DNA of 64,000 bases from Anthoceros angustus (GCA_010909165.1 MU008160.1:1240001-1304000); one strand, 5' to 3'. Numbered from the stretch's first letter, positions 12,686 to 25,470 are shown. The notes: generated by a model not told the origin, from the letters alone. Numbers and translations: made by a program.

Positions 12686-13270
12686 TTATCGAAATGAATC
12701 AACCCGGTTGTTTTCCACATTGAAGTCGAAATCGAAGCGGACACCATACTTGGTGACAGCCAAATCCACGGCATTCGCAAGCTCCTCCGCGGTGTGCGTG
12801 GGAGGCAGCGTGCCTTGAGGGACGGGGATGCCGTCCACTCCCTCTGCCTTCCGGGCCACCTGCAAAAAGTAGTCTCCGAATTCGCCAGGGGAGAAGACGA
12901 TGAGCATTCTAGCATGGTCGCCGGAGTTAACCCTCCAGGAATGCGTGTGGAACCTCGGGAGGAAGAGGTAAGTCCCAGGCTTGGCATCCACGGCCTTGTC
13001 CCCCACGTACCAAGTCATCTCGCCCTCCAGCAGGAACCAGGTCTCGTCCGTCCTGGACTGGGCGTGGGGAGGGGGACCCTGCCCCGGCCATACCTGAGCT
13101 TCGAAGGCGGCGTACGAGCCTCCCGTGTCGTTCCCCAGCGCCTTCACAAGCATCAGCACTCCGAAGGCCCACAGAGCCGCGGTTCCTTCCCCTGCGCAGC
13201 GGAACAGGACACTAGGATTGTCAGAGCCGGGCAGGGCCGGGAAGGGGATGTTTGAGGGCGTGGTGAGATG
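12686..13270 (-). CDS. Cupin-domain protein, quercetin dioxygenase (QueD)-like; true start unresolved
   Basis: GEGTAALWAFGVLMLVKA...TGGSYAAFE...GPPPHAQSRTDETWFLLEGEMTWYVG...PGTYLFLPRFHTHSW...RMLIVFSPGEF contains both cupin motifs. The domain is uninterrupted. An in-frame stop lies upstream with no ATG, so a small 5' exon or an internal Met start is needed. Confidence 0.8.
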   Translation of the reverse strand, partial: HLTTPSNIPFPALPGSDNPSVLFRCAGEGTAALWAFGVLMLVKALGNDTGGSYAAFEAQVWPGQGPPPHAQSRTDETWFLLEGEMTWYVGDKAVDAKPGTYLFLPRFHTHSWRVNSGDHARMLIVFSPGEFGDYFLQVARKAEGVDGIPVPQGTLPPTHTAEELANAVDLAVTKYGVRFDFDFNVENNRVDSFR

Positions 13271-13890
13271 CCTGGGTTGTGATGGATATTGCGGGAGATG
13301 AGTCCGAAATTGTCAGGTCCGTCCTGAGCCAACATTGTGAGTGCTAGGCGAGGGACGAGTGAGACGCTGCTGGGAGAGATGGGGCGTCTGGTTATGTAGT
13401 TTGCCGCACGCTTGGGATCCCTGTCCATGGGCCGTGGCAGCATATCCGCCCGCGCCTCTCCAAATGGCGGGTCGGTCCCGCCCTTTGTGTGCCACGATGG
13501 TACCTACAACACATGGAGTTTCCGGTTACCCGGTATCTCTTCTCTCTACAAACCCTAGGTTTGCGTGTATGCCTCAGGCCTTTTGTAGGGGAATGGTTCG
13601 TAGAGAGAGCGAGCGGGTACCGGCAACCGGGACCGGCTCCCGATGGGTCAGAACCGCCATTTGCAGAGGCGGGGGCGGACGCGCTGGAGGGCTGGTTGCC
13701 TTGCGTTGAGCATCTTGTGGCAATGTACACAATTCCCCGGGTTGCATGTGGATGAGCGCCTGCCGGGGGCCTCGGGGTTGGAGCAGGCGGAATCAGGATT
13801 TCCGACGATGAGGTATTACAGTCTGGTTCCTTCGTGCTGGCTAATTGCAGGTCTGAAGTAGTGAAAATTGTGCACAGGAATGTCGGGCAT

Positions 13891-13904
13891 AAACCCTAAA
13901 CCCT
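13891..13904 (+). promoter_or_regulatory. Telo-box pair (AAACCCTA)
   Basis: aaaccctaaaccct lies ~70 bp upstream of the ATG at 13969. Telo-boxes are typical of plant translation-related genes. Confidence 0.55.
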
Positions 13905-13968
13905 GAGCTTTCCCTCTCCAGTTGCTGAGACTATTGATCAGGCTGCGTGTTGAGAAGACAGAGGCAAG

Positions 13969-14586
13969 ATGTTTGCTACAGCTGTGCGGTTTATGGCCAG
14001 CAAGTCAAAACCGAAGCGGAAGAAGGAGTCAGGGTACCTGATCAATCCTCATCTCATGGGCGAGGATGCGTTCAAACTGTCTGCGCAACTCCAAGCCATT
14101 ATCAAGCAGCATGGCCCGCTTTCCGTGAACGCGTGCTGGGAGTTTGCCAAGGTATGTCTACAGTCCGTGGTAGCCATGGCTTGCTGATGGAGCTACAGCT
14201 TGGTAGGTCTGAGCTTCAGTCGTTGGAATGATGACCTAGTCTTTGTAGGTCGGCAGGGCAGCAGGAGATGTAAGGTCTGTGTGCAAGCTGACCTCTGATG
14301 TGCACGTGGACAGGAAATAGAGGTTCTAAGGAACAAGCGAAGCATGAAGGTAATGCTGCACTGGATGACGAGCCGGCATCACTGCAGGATGATTTGTAAG
14401 CACCAGAATGACCACAAGCATGCTCCTGTGAAGGAGTTTTTGTACGCTGAATGGGTGCCGAGGCCTGGACAGAAGGGAGGCCCACCCCTAGAGCAATCGC
14501 CGCCCTCAGCAGAGCCGGCAGAAACAATCTCATCACAAACAGAGCACTCTGTGCCTTCAGTTGAGCAACCTGTACCCCCGATTTAG
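13969..14586 (+). CDS. Small mitochondrial protein, probably a plant-specific mitoribosomal protein (mL80-like, tentative); exons ~13969-14150 and 14314-14586
   Basis: MFATAVRFMASKSKPK...IIKQHGPLSVNACWEFAK, then a gt..ag intron, then EIEVLRNKRSMKVMLHWM...ICKH...KEFLYAEW. Resembles a conserved plant family with HGPL-x4-W and KxxLxWM motifs. Confidence 0.6.
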
Positions 14587-15572
14587 ATCGAAATTTGATG
14601 GCAACGTCTTGACAAAAAAGCAAGAGCTCGAATGCTTCACGCATTGCGACGACGGGATCCCATGAATCCTGCAGGACACGTCGAGCTGGCCTGAAGGGTT
14701 GGAGTGCGGACCATGGTTGCCGTGTGGTTGGCTCGTGCCGTCATGTGAAGGACATGCAGAGAGATGCTTCTGGACACGACAAGGGAGGAACAGCCCCTGC
14801 TCCCAGCAGTAGATCTCAAGGCTGTTTTAGGGTGAATTGGGGAAGCTCGGCCACTGTAGTATTGCACCCAAGTCCCTCCAAACTGTCGGCTTGCAAACAC
14901 CGTATCAAACACTGCGGCCATTTCCCGAATCCCAGTGTCAGAGTCAGTGGATAACAACCTACGGGTTTGCCCAACTGTAATCTCTGACAGGTCGCGAAAT
15001 GGCGGAAATGTCGTTGCTGCCGTCAGGGCTATCTTACAGCCGGTGTTCAGGGTTTGATGGAGAGAGACGGCAGGGAAGGAGAAAGAAAGGGGCCCGGGAG
15101 CCCGCAGATAGAAGCAGTGCGCGGATCCGGGTGCTGGATCCGCCGGGACCAGCTGCGTGAGCTCACTTGCAGATGGCAGAGTAATGTGGAAGGCGATCAG
15201 CCAGGTTTTAAAAAAATGATGCTAGTCAGACATATTTGTTTTGGAGTGGGATGGGCGGATCTGGGGAGGTCTGATCTGGACCGGAATTGAAATTCTGCTT
15301 GTACCAGGTACCAGGTGAATGTGCTTGGCAGAATGAAATTGGATGCTGCAGGCTTCGGCACATGAGGATGTGGTGAGGGTGGATGGGATGGAGCGGCGCT
15401 CGAGGGAAAGGGAGTCTGTGAAGCTGAGGGGGAGGAGCGTAGAGGGTGCTGTGTGGAGTGGATGTAGTCTAGGATGGAGGCTGGCAATGTCCGAAGACTG
15501 AGGGGGAACTGGACGCATGAAGGGAGTGGAGGAGCTGGGATTATGTGAAGGGCCCCTTCTGCGACGAGCTTC

Positions 15573-18500
15573 ATGGTCTCTCACAAGTATACCCGGTTTC
15601 AAGATGAGAGTGACGGGGACAGTCCCACGCTCTCCGCGTCCCCCCGCGCCCGCTGGTGGCCGTCAGCAAGCCCATTGAGAGAGGCCTTGGCATCTGTGTC
15701 GCGTATCGGCCGATCAGCTCGGCCCAGCCTGCTTGTGGAGGAGGGTGAACTCGATGATAATGCAGACTATAGTCCTGTTGTGCGGTTGAGGTAGGTGTTC
15801 GGTGTTTGTCTGGTTGATTCTCTTCTTATGAGGCATTGGTGGGAGTGAGGAACCTACGGTTGTTTATTCTGCTTCTGCTCGTGCAGGCCGAAACATGGGT
15901 GGCTGAAAGGACAATGGAAACGGTTGAAATGGAGGTGGTTGATGCCCATGCTGCAGCTGTCTGCAGAATCCTACGTTGGACTGGTTTTTTGGACCGCTTT
16001 GGTGGCCTTCATTCGGGATGTGTACTGGTTCCAGCTTCAGAAGGGAGGGATTGCTCCTGAAATTGGGTTCCTCGCTTACTTGTTCACTCCCGCCGTGGTG
16101 TTGGGACAGCCCACTTTGCGAGATTATCTGGATCTACACCCATGGACTCGGTCTCTGATGCTACTCTGTGGCCTGGTTGGTATTTGGGGTCAGTCTCGGA
16201 GGACTCCTCTGAGTCGGCTCTCCTTTTCTGCCAACTCGGTTGCCATCATGAGTTTGTACGTCTTCGAAGGTTTCTGGGCTGGAACAGCAGCACGCAGGAG
16301 ACGAACGGGCTTTGGAATGATTGGGGGAATCCTGCTGTTGCAAGTATGTTTACTTCACCCTTTTCAACGTGACTCTAGCACAGTTGCATTTCCGTTTCTG
16401 CAGGCCTGGTCTTGATGGTGCAACTAATTTAAGTTGTATATCAGGCACTGCGATGGGCTTATGCTGGTCCGAATCCGATAGTGGCTTCAACCTGGGGTTT
16501 TGTTTTGTTAGGAGTGTTCCCAGGGGTGTGCACGGCTTTCATAGTGCTTACAGAGGATGTAGCAGAGTGGGAAGGGGAGGATGTCGGTAAACATCAGACA
16601 AGTTTTACTGCAGCAGAAGTGACAGATTCTGCAGACACGCTTAGTGATGACTTTGATGGGGAAGGAGGAGACAGTGCTTCATACAGAAGGATTGCTGAGT
16701 TTGAGAGAAGATGTCGGCTGGGCTTGGCTGGTGATGATGATCTGGAGGATGTTGAAATGCAGTCAATTCAGATGTCGAGCAAGGGAATGCAAGCCCAAGA
16801 GGAGGTTCAAAGTGATTTACGCATGACTACTGTTCATGCTGAAGGTGAAGAGGAGGTGGCTGCTGTTGCTCAGATGCTGAGCTTTCCTTTCGATAGGGAG
16901 GATGCCCCATTGGTTACTCATAGTAGTCTTCAAGACCAGGAAGGAACAGAGATGGTTGAGATGGATTATGCACATTTACCCAATGGTTCCACAGTTGAGA
17001 TTCTGGAAGTAAAACTTCATGTCCAGCGCCCACCCTCAAGTAGTCAGGTTGCTGGAGTGTCTTTGCAGTGTTGGGAGGACGAAACCATTGGCAAGAGATG
17101 GGGGGAGGGTGAAGAAGTTCCGTGGCTAGATGAGATAGGAGGAGTGGAAGGTAGCTCAGACAGTGATTTCAACATGTATCGTAAACGCGGTTGGAAGTGG
17201 ACAAAAGCTGGATGCTCAAGGACAGTTCAAATGGGAGTTGGATTTGGGAGTCTTCTGTTCCTGACACACTGGCTGTTCACATCTCCAAACTGTCTGTATC
17301 GATGGTCTGGAGCATCGGTGTCCTGGGGTTGGCTTTCAATCTGCTTACTAGCCTTTGGGACCATATTCACTGCAGAAGTTGCCCGTAACCAACTGCCCAA
17401 GCAAGTGCAAGCACTTGTTGCCTGGTTGTGTGCTGCAACCGGAGCACTCTTGGTATTGCAAGGGGTTACTTCCACTGTGATAGGAAGTGCTTTGCTATCT
17501 TTTTCAGTTCCCTCGCTTTGGGTGATTATGCCAAGGAATATCTTCGGAGTGTACCCGGGATCAGGATTAGGAGTAGCCATGCTTCTGTATGTAGGACTGT
17601 TTGTCTGGAGTACAGCCCTGCTTGCCTATGAATTCGTGCCTGCAATGGGGTTTCTCCGAGGTACTCGAGCCTATCTCATGAGCACCACAATTGTCGGCAT
17701 AGGAGTAGGTCTCGCTCGAGGTCCTGATGTCTCGCCTCAAGAGAAGTGGGAGTTTGGTGCCAGAATGGGAGCATGGCGAACAGGAACACTCACGTGGGGA
17801 AGTGGGGTTCCTGGTCGGAAGGTGCTGTCTCTTCTCTCCCATTTTTATCCCTTTCTCGTGTTTCAGTGATGTTGTCACTGTAGGAAGAGCAGGAGCTTTT
17901 AAGCTTTCCAATCAACTGCTGATGGAATGCCCGTGCAGGCAGTGGGGACATTGATTGGGCTGGTCGGGGTCATCCTCGCAACTGCACTTGTGGTGCGGCT
18001 ACAGCATGCTAGCATCTGGAGGGGATGGAATTTGGAGGGAGATCTTAGAGTGATCAACTTAAATGTCCAACAGGGCTTCAGCAGATCAGGGAAACTTAAC
18101 TATGCTAGCTTATATGATGTGTTCACCAAGGAGCAGCCACATGTTATAATGTGAGTCTTCTCTTAACATTTCGAACTCCTTGTTTACATGATGTTGCAGT
18201 CTTGTTACTTATCTTTCTCGTGGTGTTGGTCCAGGCTGCAGGAAACGGACATGATGCACATTGTTCACGGCAACATGGACCTGGTATATGTGATTGTAAG
18301 AACTGTTTGCTGTCAAGGACATGGTATGTCAACGCTAGACTGATGCCCATCCTTCCCTCTGCAGGTTGATTACCTGGCAACTTGGTTGAAGATGCGAAGC
18401 TTGTACTCTCCTCCCACGAGATCAGATTCTTGGGGCTGCGCTCTGCTGTCCGTCGTCAGCTTCGAACATGCAGACTGGGAAGTACTTCCTTCGCCGACAG

Positions 18501-18943
18501 GAGAGAATGCTTGCTTCCAGCACGCCAACATTCTTTTCCAAGGAAAGTCTGTCGATCTGGTTAATGCACACTTCGGTGTTTTGGAAGACGAGATTGTGCT
18601 GCAAGCTGAACGAACGAAAGAGCTGTTGCTGGGATTTCTAGACAACATCACCGCAGCTGGATCGGAAAGCCAAACCAGAGGTGGTGTTCCCTTGATTTTC
18701 GGTGGCGACATCAACGCTGCCCCCCACAGCATTGCCTACTACAGCATCACTTCATCAGGGCTAATCGATGGTTATGTGGCTACCCATGGAGAGTGGAATG
18801 GCCCTGGCAGTCGAGATCCTGGAGCTGGCTACATCTTCTCCTCACCTGCCGCCACCTGTTCTTCCTGGAATGAGACTCAGTATGACCAGAAGGAAACAAC
18901 AGATGGATATCCAATTGTTGCTACATTCGCGCTTTCTTCGTGA
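15573..18943 (+). CDS. Cwh43/PGAP2IP-like multi-pass membrane protein with C-terminal EEP domain, multi-exon
   Basis: Many TM exons, followed by LRVINLNVQQGF, VDYLATWLKMRSLYSPP...SWGCALLS...LPSPTGE...VNAHFG and PLIFGGDINAAP (EEP GDxN motif). Confidence 0.8.
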
Positions 18944-19689
18944 ACTGGAGTTTTGTCTACCCGATTAAATTGGTGAAATGCCAAATTGGGAAGTTGCTGC
19001 GGATAGCACATTTCATGGATTTTGCCTGTCACTGCATCAGAGGTTGCTGTAGAGATCTCCTGCTTGCATGGCCCTGTTGGACACATTCACTATGCGAGAA
19101 TGTTTTGCAATCCTCATCAATGACAACACACACAAATCATCAATAACAACACAAACAAACAGACGAGAAGAAACGATCGCCACGCAGCATCAAGGAAGAA
19201 CTGGCGTTTATTACGTTTCCAAATCATTACAGGCGAGGACGCCACAGAAGAACACATTGCCTCTTGTATCCACAGTCCAAATTCGACTCGGACTTGAGCC
19301 TCAACCTCGCACACGACAGCGCCCGGCGTGCTGGTGCTGCAAGTCATTTCGGCTGCGAACCCTCCCTGCGACCACCAGGCTTCGTGGCCAAGAGCTCATC
19401 GGGAATCCATCACATTGCTGTCTCGCTTTACACCTCCGAGTACCTGTCTACAGACAGGGATACGGCTGACAGGCTACTGTGTCACCATGATCCCCAGAGC
19501 CAGGAAGCAACGATAGTCCGGTCCACACCAGCAGGGATGACAAGCAGCAGTTGATAGACAGACTATATCCATGCCGTCCTCCTCCATGCTCTACTGTGAA
19601 GGACCGCGAGCAGTCCATCCATGCCTTTCTTTACGTCTCCCACCTTCCGCGTAATCTCTTTGTTATTAGACCACCCGTCCACCCCGTGC

Positions 19690-20334
19690 TCAGCTCTGCC
19701 GCACGCGCCTGCTGCCATTCCCTTTCGTATGCTCGTTCACGAGCGCAGCCCGGGCCATCATCAGCCCGAGCGGCCTCAACCCCTCCTCCACCTCCTCCGT
19801 GTCGATCCACTCCAACAGATGCTGCTCCCCGGACCAGGTGTCCGGGATAGCAACATGCCCCGCTACTTGGAGCCGGTGGCGCTGAAGCCTGTCCCTGTTG
19901 GAAAGAATCGGCATCGGAACCACAGACACGGAACCAGTCTCCCATGCATCCCCGGCATGCAGAAACTGGTCTCCGGCCCAGGAGTCCGGGACGGAAGGCA
20001 CAGAAGCCCGTTCATCCTCCCTGCTCTCCTCCCGAGCCTCATGAAACTCCCCCGCAACCTCACCAGCCTGCATCTCCCCGCCAGCCCGGGACAGAGAAGT
20101 CGACCTCGTGTACTCTCCCATACCAACAAACTGAGCCTGCGAGAATTCAGCGAGACACGCGGCAGCCATACCAGGCTTCAACACAACCTCCCTCTCCTGC
20201 ACTCCGGCAGCTATCTTGCTCTTGGACAAGGCCCGGGTGCCTTCAACTTCAACCTCGACCTCAACCTCGACCTCGACCTCAACTTCCTTCCTTTTCTTCA
20301 CTCCGGGCACATCTTGGACTGGGCCCAAGGTCAT
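19690..20334 (-). CDS. BIC1: Blue-light inhibitor of cryptochromes (BIC) family protein
   Basis: C-terminal RDRLQRHRLQVAGHVAIPDTWSGEQHLLEWID...MARAALV matches the BIC domain. Single exon; first ATG at 20334. Confidence 0.85.
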   Translation of the reverse strand: MTLGPVQDVPGVKKRKEVEVEVEVEVEVEVEGTRALSKSKIAAGVQEREVVLKPGMAAACLAEFSQAQFVGMGEYTRSTSLSRAGGEMQAGEVAGEFHEAREESREDERASVPSVPDSWAGDQFLHAGDAWETGSVSVVPMPILSNRDRLQRHRLQVAGHVAIPDTWSGEQHLLEWIDTEEVEEGLRPLGLMMARAALVNEHTKGNGSRRVRQS

Positions 20335-22121
20335 CAAGCCACCACCAGCTGCTTCCTTCCTCCCTCCCACTCCGCACAAGCAAAAATTCCAACAACAGCG
20401 ACAATCAGCCTTCTACGTTGAGCCTTCACCTCCCAACACGCCCCAATTGCACATCAAACCACACCCCCACAACCGACATGGAACAACCGGCCCGCTCTCA
20501 GCATCCACACCCCATCAGGCTCCGGCGGGCATTAAATGGGGGAGGCCAGCGGGAAAATCTTTCGGGCCGTGGAAGACTCGAGCTTCCAGGAAGAGGCGGG
20601 GCGACAGGAGCAGGATGTGGACGAGAGGCAAAGCGAGGTAACCGACCCGAGGTGAAGGTTACCCGAGGCCACACAACCCACGTCGAAGCGGAAACGTGGG
20701 ACCGCGGCAGCCAAGTTACTGCGCGGCAGGGAATTGGCAGCTCGTACAGCAACAAGGAACCAATGGGCGCGGGCCACGGCCTCCGGGCGCCGACCAATGG
20801 GCGCCGCCTTAACCCGCGACTAACCATGGTCAGCCACGTTGTTTCTCAGACCGGGGAGCATGTATGTAGCACGCTGTACAGTAGCACCACGAAAAAGGAT
20901 TCCCAGCGATTAGGCCGGAGCCGCTGAGTGAATCTCGGACCACCACAGAAGGGAGACCGATTTTTTGTGGGCGGCCCGCGCTCCAACCACAGACCAGTCC
21001 AGCTTCCGATTTTTGCTTTCCGCGCGCTTCCACATCTTTCCCCACTTTCCATTCCAGCCTATGAGCGAGCAGGCATTGATTTAGCGTCTTTCCTTTTGCA
21101 GCTTCACTTCTTCATATCTTCCACCCAATTCGTTTTACACACCACGCAGCACTTTCAAATTGGCTGCAACTCCATTGCGCTTTTCAACTTGCCGAGGCAA
21201 AGCCGGGATTTGGATTACGTAAAACGATTCCTTTACTCACACTCGCGAAGGGAATCTTCGCCTCAGCCGTTGGAAACGAGGAAGGTCGGGAAGCGTTTTC
21301 TGGGCTTTGTTACCCAGCCGGGCTCCGGAGGATCGTAGAGCAACTGGAGATGATGTTTTGAGTGACGCTGTGACGACACTCAAATATCAGTGATTATAGT
21401 TATTATCTTTCTTGATTAGATATAGAAATTAATTTTTAGTAAAAAATAAAATTTGTCCAGAACCATGCTCCATTTCAACAATACCCTTCTATGGATGCTT
21501 AGGAATATGAGTTAAAATGATAAATATATATATAATATATTTTATTACCCTCCTTTAATCAAGCCAAAACTAGATTAACTTGACATAGGATAAGTGAATT
21601 AGGTAGATTGATTGATCCAAGCTTAGTGTGAACAAGTTGAAATTAATGCGTTAGTAAAAAAATAGTACAACTTTATATTATATTATTTATTAAATTATAA
21701 TTAATTTTATTTAATCTATTACTACTCAATTAATGAGTATAATATTTTCAATGTATGTTTACCATCTTGAAGAGAATCAATTGAGAAAGAAAAGGGAACT
21801 ACAACATCATCTTCTCTTCACTATGAAAATTAATATTTAGAGAAAAAAATGATCTTTTCACAATATGATAATAATGAATTACCTTTTATGAGAAGAGAAT
21901 TTTACTATGGTACATGATGGATTACCTTCGAGGATAATTATGAATTATCTCATAGTACCTAAAGTAGAGAAAGAATTCTTCTCATCCATCTTTTACTTCT
22001 ATGTCAATTCTGGTTTAAAAAACAACCAAAACAGAGTACATCAATTCATCATATTCAAGAAACACTTTATTATTATGCGATATGAACACTAAAGTGGTAC
22101 TTAAATTGATTTTGGTTGTCC

Positions 22122-23192
22122 TTACCTTTTAGGTGTCCTACAATATGGCTTGGGCTCAATGGGTTTTACAGGCTCCACAATAGTAGGCCTTGGAGTCCAA
22201 CCCATCCAGTTAAATTTGCGATCACCATTTATCTTTTTCTGCAGATAGATTGATCGCATTGCCTGCCTCCACCTACAAGATACAATGGATATATGTAAAG
22301 TCATAAACAAAGGCAAATATGCACAATATTTCTATAGGAGACATGTATATATCTTACTTGGTTGCCTTATCTTCATATGTCAATTTATCCCCTTCATATC
22401 CATCATGGTATTGCAAGGTTATAGGATTGTAGGCTGTGCTATTTTTATTAGAAATATTTCCGACATTTTTTCGCCTCTCTGCCTCCCGTTTTTCTTGTTT
22501 CAAGAATGACTCTTCCCTGCCTGTTCTTAAATCATATTCTCTACACATCTTAATATTGCGCCATTCTTGATACATAGCCTGGAATATATGGAAACATGAG
22601 CTGAAAGATTCGAAAAATGAGAAGTTTGATAGTATTTGTATGATTGTATCACAAATTTTCTCTTCTAGAACAAAATAATAATCTCAAGGTAAATTTAAAA
22701 ACCTGTATACCTCTTGTTTCCTTCTAGCATTATGACGCTCTGCTTTGAGCATTCCGGCAACATCTCGCCGAAAACGTTCATAGCGATCCCCTTCATAAGC
22801 TAGTGAGTCCTTTTTCTGATCAACCAAGTTGGGATACCAAGGATGTCTTTGAAAAGAGAAATCCCTTGCACACAATCTTTGTTTCTCAAAAAAATCCTGC
22901 AATGAATAATTAGACGATGAGAAGATATCTCTTCTTCAGATGCTCTTCAATCAAGCACCTTGATATACCATACAAATTTGATTCCAATTTGAGAAAAAAC
23001 TGTACTCACGGTATTTCCAGCACCATAATGTCTTTTCTCCTTTAACACATGATCTGGAGCATATCCCCATTTACGTGGAAACCTTGAAGGGTCTATGGGA
23101 GGTCTCTTCGTTTTACCCAAGGCGACCTTTTTTATCAAACCTTTTTGCGGAGGAGGATCAAATGCGACGGAGCCAAATAATCGGACAGGCAT
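22122..23192 (-). CDS. Four-exon hypothetical protein (~245 aa) in an AT-rich island
   Basis: Four ORF fragments join in frame at canonical sites: GNT/gtgagt..ttgcag/DFFEK, RKQE/gtatac..ttccag/AMYQEW, and ATK split AA/gtaaga..ttgtag/G TGG. Confidence 0.75.
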
Positions 23193-25339
23193 CTTGTCCA
23201 AAATTTGTGAGCAATCTATAGCTTGCTCATGTTTTAGATTGAAAAGAAAGTCACGAACGACCTCAAAAAGCTAGAGGCATAGAGTACCCATGATCACTAC
23301 CAATTCCACGACAACATACCAAAGCTAGACAACTCGTTGTTTGAGGTAGACAAAAATTCTCATCAAGTAGATGACAATTTTGGTACAATTCAGGAGCCAT
23401 ATATCTCAGAGACCTCCAATCACGCAGGTAAAAATCATGGATGCTAAGCCAATGTTAAGCACAAGCATAAGCTGATTGTCCAGAAGAACAGTGAACCATA
23501 TATGCCCAAGGGTTTTAAAACGACTGATGATATTAAGCACAACGTCACACCACTGCGGACAGGAGTCAACAGCGAAGAGTTGGTGAAGGCTCCAAATGCT
23601 TTCGGCGAGAAGGGATTCAGTTGCATTTGTCGTTAAGTAACGGAGTTAGTTGTAAGCTGATGGTCAAAGTGAGCGTTTTTGTCCGGGTGAGTCGTGACCC
23701 TTGGTTCGAAGTTCCAGCAAGTTCACAGTCGCGAAAAAGTCGATTCAACGATCAACAGACATGTCAGTGGTCACCGAAAGTTTTACAACTGAATTACCAT
23801 GTCTTTTGCTCCTTGTATCCATTTCTTTTGCTGCCCTGTCTTCGTTTCTCTTGCTCTCCTTTTATCAGGCAGCCTGTCTGCCAGGTGAAGCAGAGAGAGG
23901 CGTGCCACACACGTCTGGAAAGTGGCAGGAGCTGTACTGTACATGAGTGATGGTGAAAAAGCAAAAAGCGAGCTGGTTGGTACAGAAAGCTGCAGCAGTA
24001 ACTGGGTTGCATTCAGGCGGAAGTTCCGCTCAAGGATACCTTCATAGGTCCGTTGAATCCCCCAATGACACATGCGATCTTTGTTTGCTCGGGGATTGGT
24101 TTGGGTACCCTGTCCAATCAAGACACACAGACTCCATCTTGCTATGTTGGGCACATCCGCTTTGCCTGCAGCGTCTCAAAAGTGATCTCTAATAATTGAT
24201 CTTGTGTGTTTTAGCTTGTCAAGTTGCTGCAAGTTGCTGCAATTAGCGCTCCGTCTCTAATAGAAGGCAGGAACCAGCAGAACAGGGAACCGCGTGCCTA
24301 ATAAGAGGCCCTGAAACTCGGTGGTGGCAGGCCCCAGTTGATGCCAGGTGTGAACTACGTTTGTAGCTGCTGCCTGCAAGCTTACCAATTCAAGGAAGAG
24401 TGGATGCAATGACCTGGACTTGTCGGACTTGCCACTGCCATCCACTCTGGAGTCCAGAATGTACACTGTGCTTTGCGTGCAAGGCAGCCACGTCCAGAAA
24501 AGCAGACCAACCTCCACCAACAGCAACCTTGGAAAGGCGTGGATGCGGTCCCGAGGCAGTTGGCACAGCTGCAGTCCCGAGGCAGTTGGCACAGATGCAC
24601 GACATGATGTTCTTTAGCACCCTGGTACGGCTGCAAGCCTGCAAGTTCAACCTGCAAGGGTTGTCAAAACCTAATTCTGGCCCCAGAACAGATGATGCCA
24701 TGGCCATGCAGGCCTCAGCTCCAGCGGTCATAGGCTATGGCGGAGACCGACACCTGCAGGCCAACAACTTGCGAGAGGAATCTCCAGAGCCGCACATGCG
24801 TCAGACGGCCCTGCGCCCCTCATTGGAGCCGGCATGGCATTGACTCCAGGGTCTCAAAATGTGAAACCCTAGGCCCCGACGTCAGCTGTGAGCTCAGGGT
24901 ATAAAACTTGTGGTTTCCTGCTGGACGGAAGCGCAGGCAGCATGTGCTGCCGAGCCAGAGGCAGCGGCCCAGTGGAATGAGTGCACAGCACACTTCGCGG
25001 TTGCCACTCACCAGTTAGGAAAAGATATGGCGCGGGACGGGGAAGGCGAGCTGCACGAGTCCCGACTTCCCACGACCAGCATTAAGAACGACACGCATGC
25101 CAGTCACGGGCGAGGAAAAGATATGGCGCGCGTCGAGCGTGCCTGTCGATGGGGCTCACAAAATCTTCCTCCGGTGCGGCAGGCGGCATTGGGCTAGCGT
25201 ATCAAAACCAGGGCCGCCATTGGCGCGCCAGCAACAGCCCCAATCCCGTTGGCTTTCTGCCAAGCGTATGCGGATCCCGCCTGCTTTCTGTGTGCCGTTT
25301 GTTGCTGTCATCGCGCTCCGAAAAAGTGGAGAAAAACAA

Positions 25340-25470
25340 AATCACTGCGGACTTCCCAAAGTCCGTGTTCCGTGTTGGTTCATGTGTTTCGAGAGAGAAC
25401 CTGTTTCATGGCAACCACGGACTTTCGAAAGTCCGTGATGGTTCATGGGTTTCAAGAGAGAACCTGTTTC
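25340..25470. repeat. Two direct copies of a palindrome-plus-motif unit; perfect 22-bp palindrome at 25416-25437
   Basis: cacggactttcgaaagtccgtg is self-complementary. An imperfect copy (gcggacttcccaaagtccgtg) lies upstream. Each is followed by gttcatg...gagagaacctgtttcatgg. Confidence 0.85.

Noticed and set aside
22684-22902. CACTA transposase reading of RDFSFQRHPWY
   Set aside because: The segment splices cleanly into a four-exon gene and no other Transposase_21 motifs are present.
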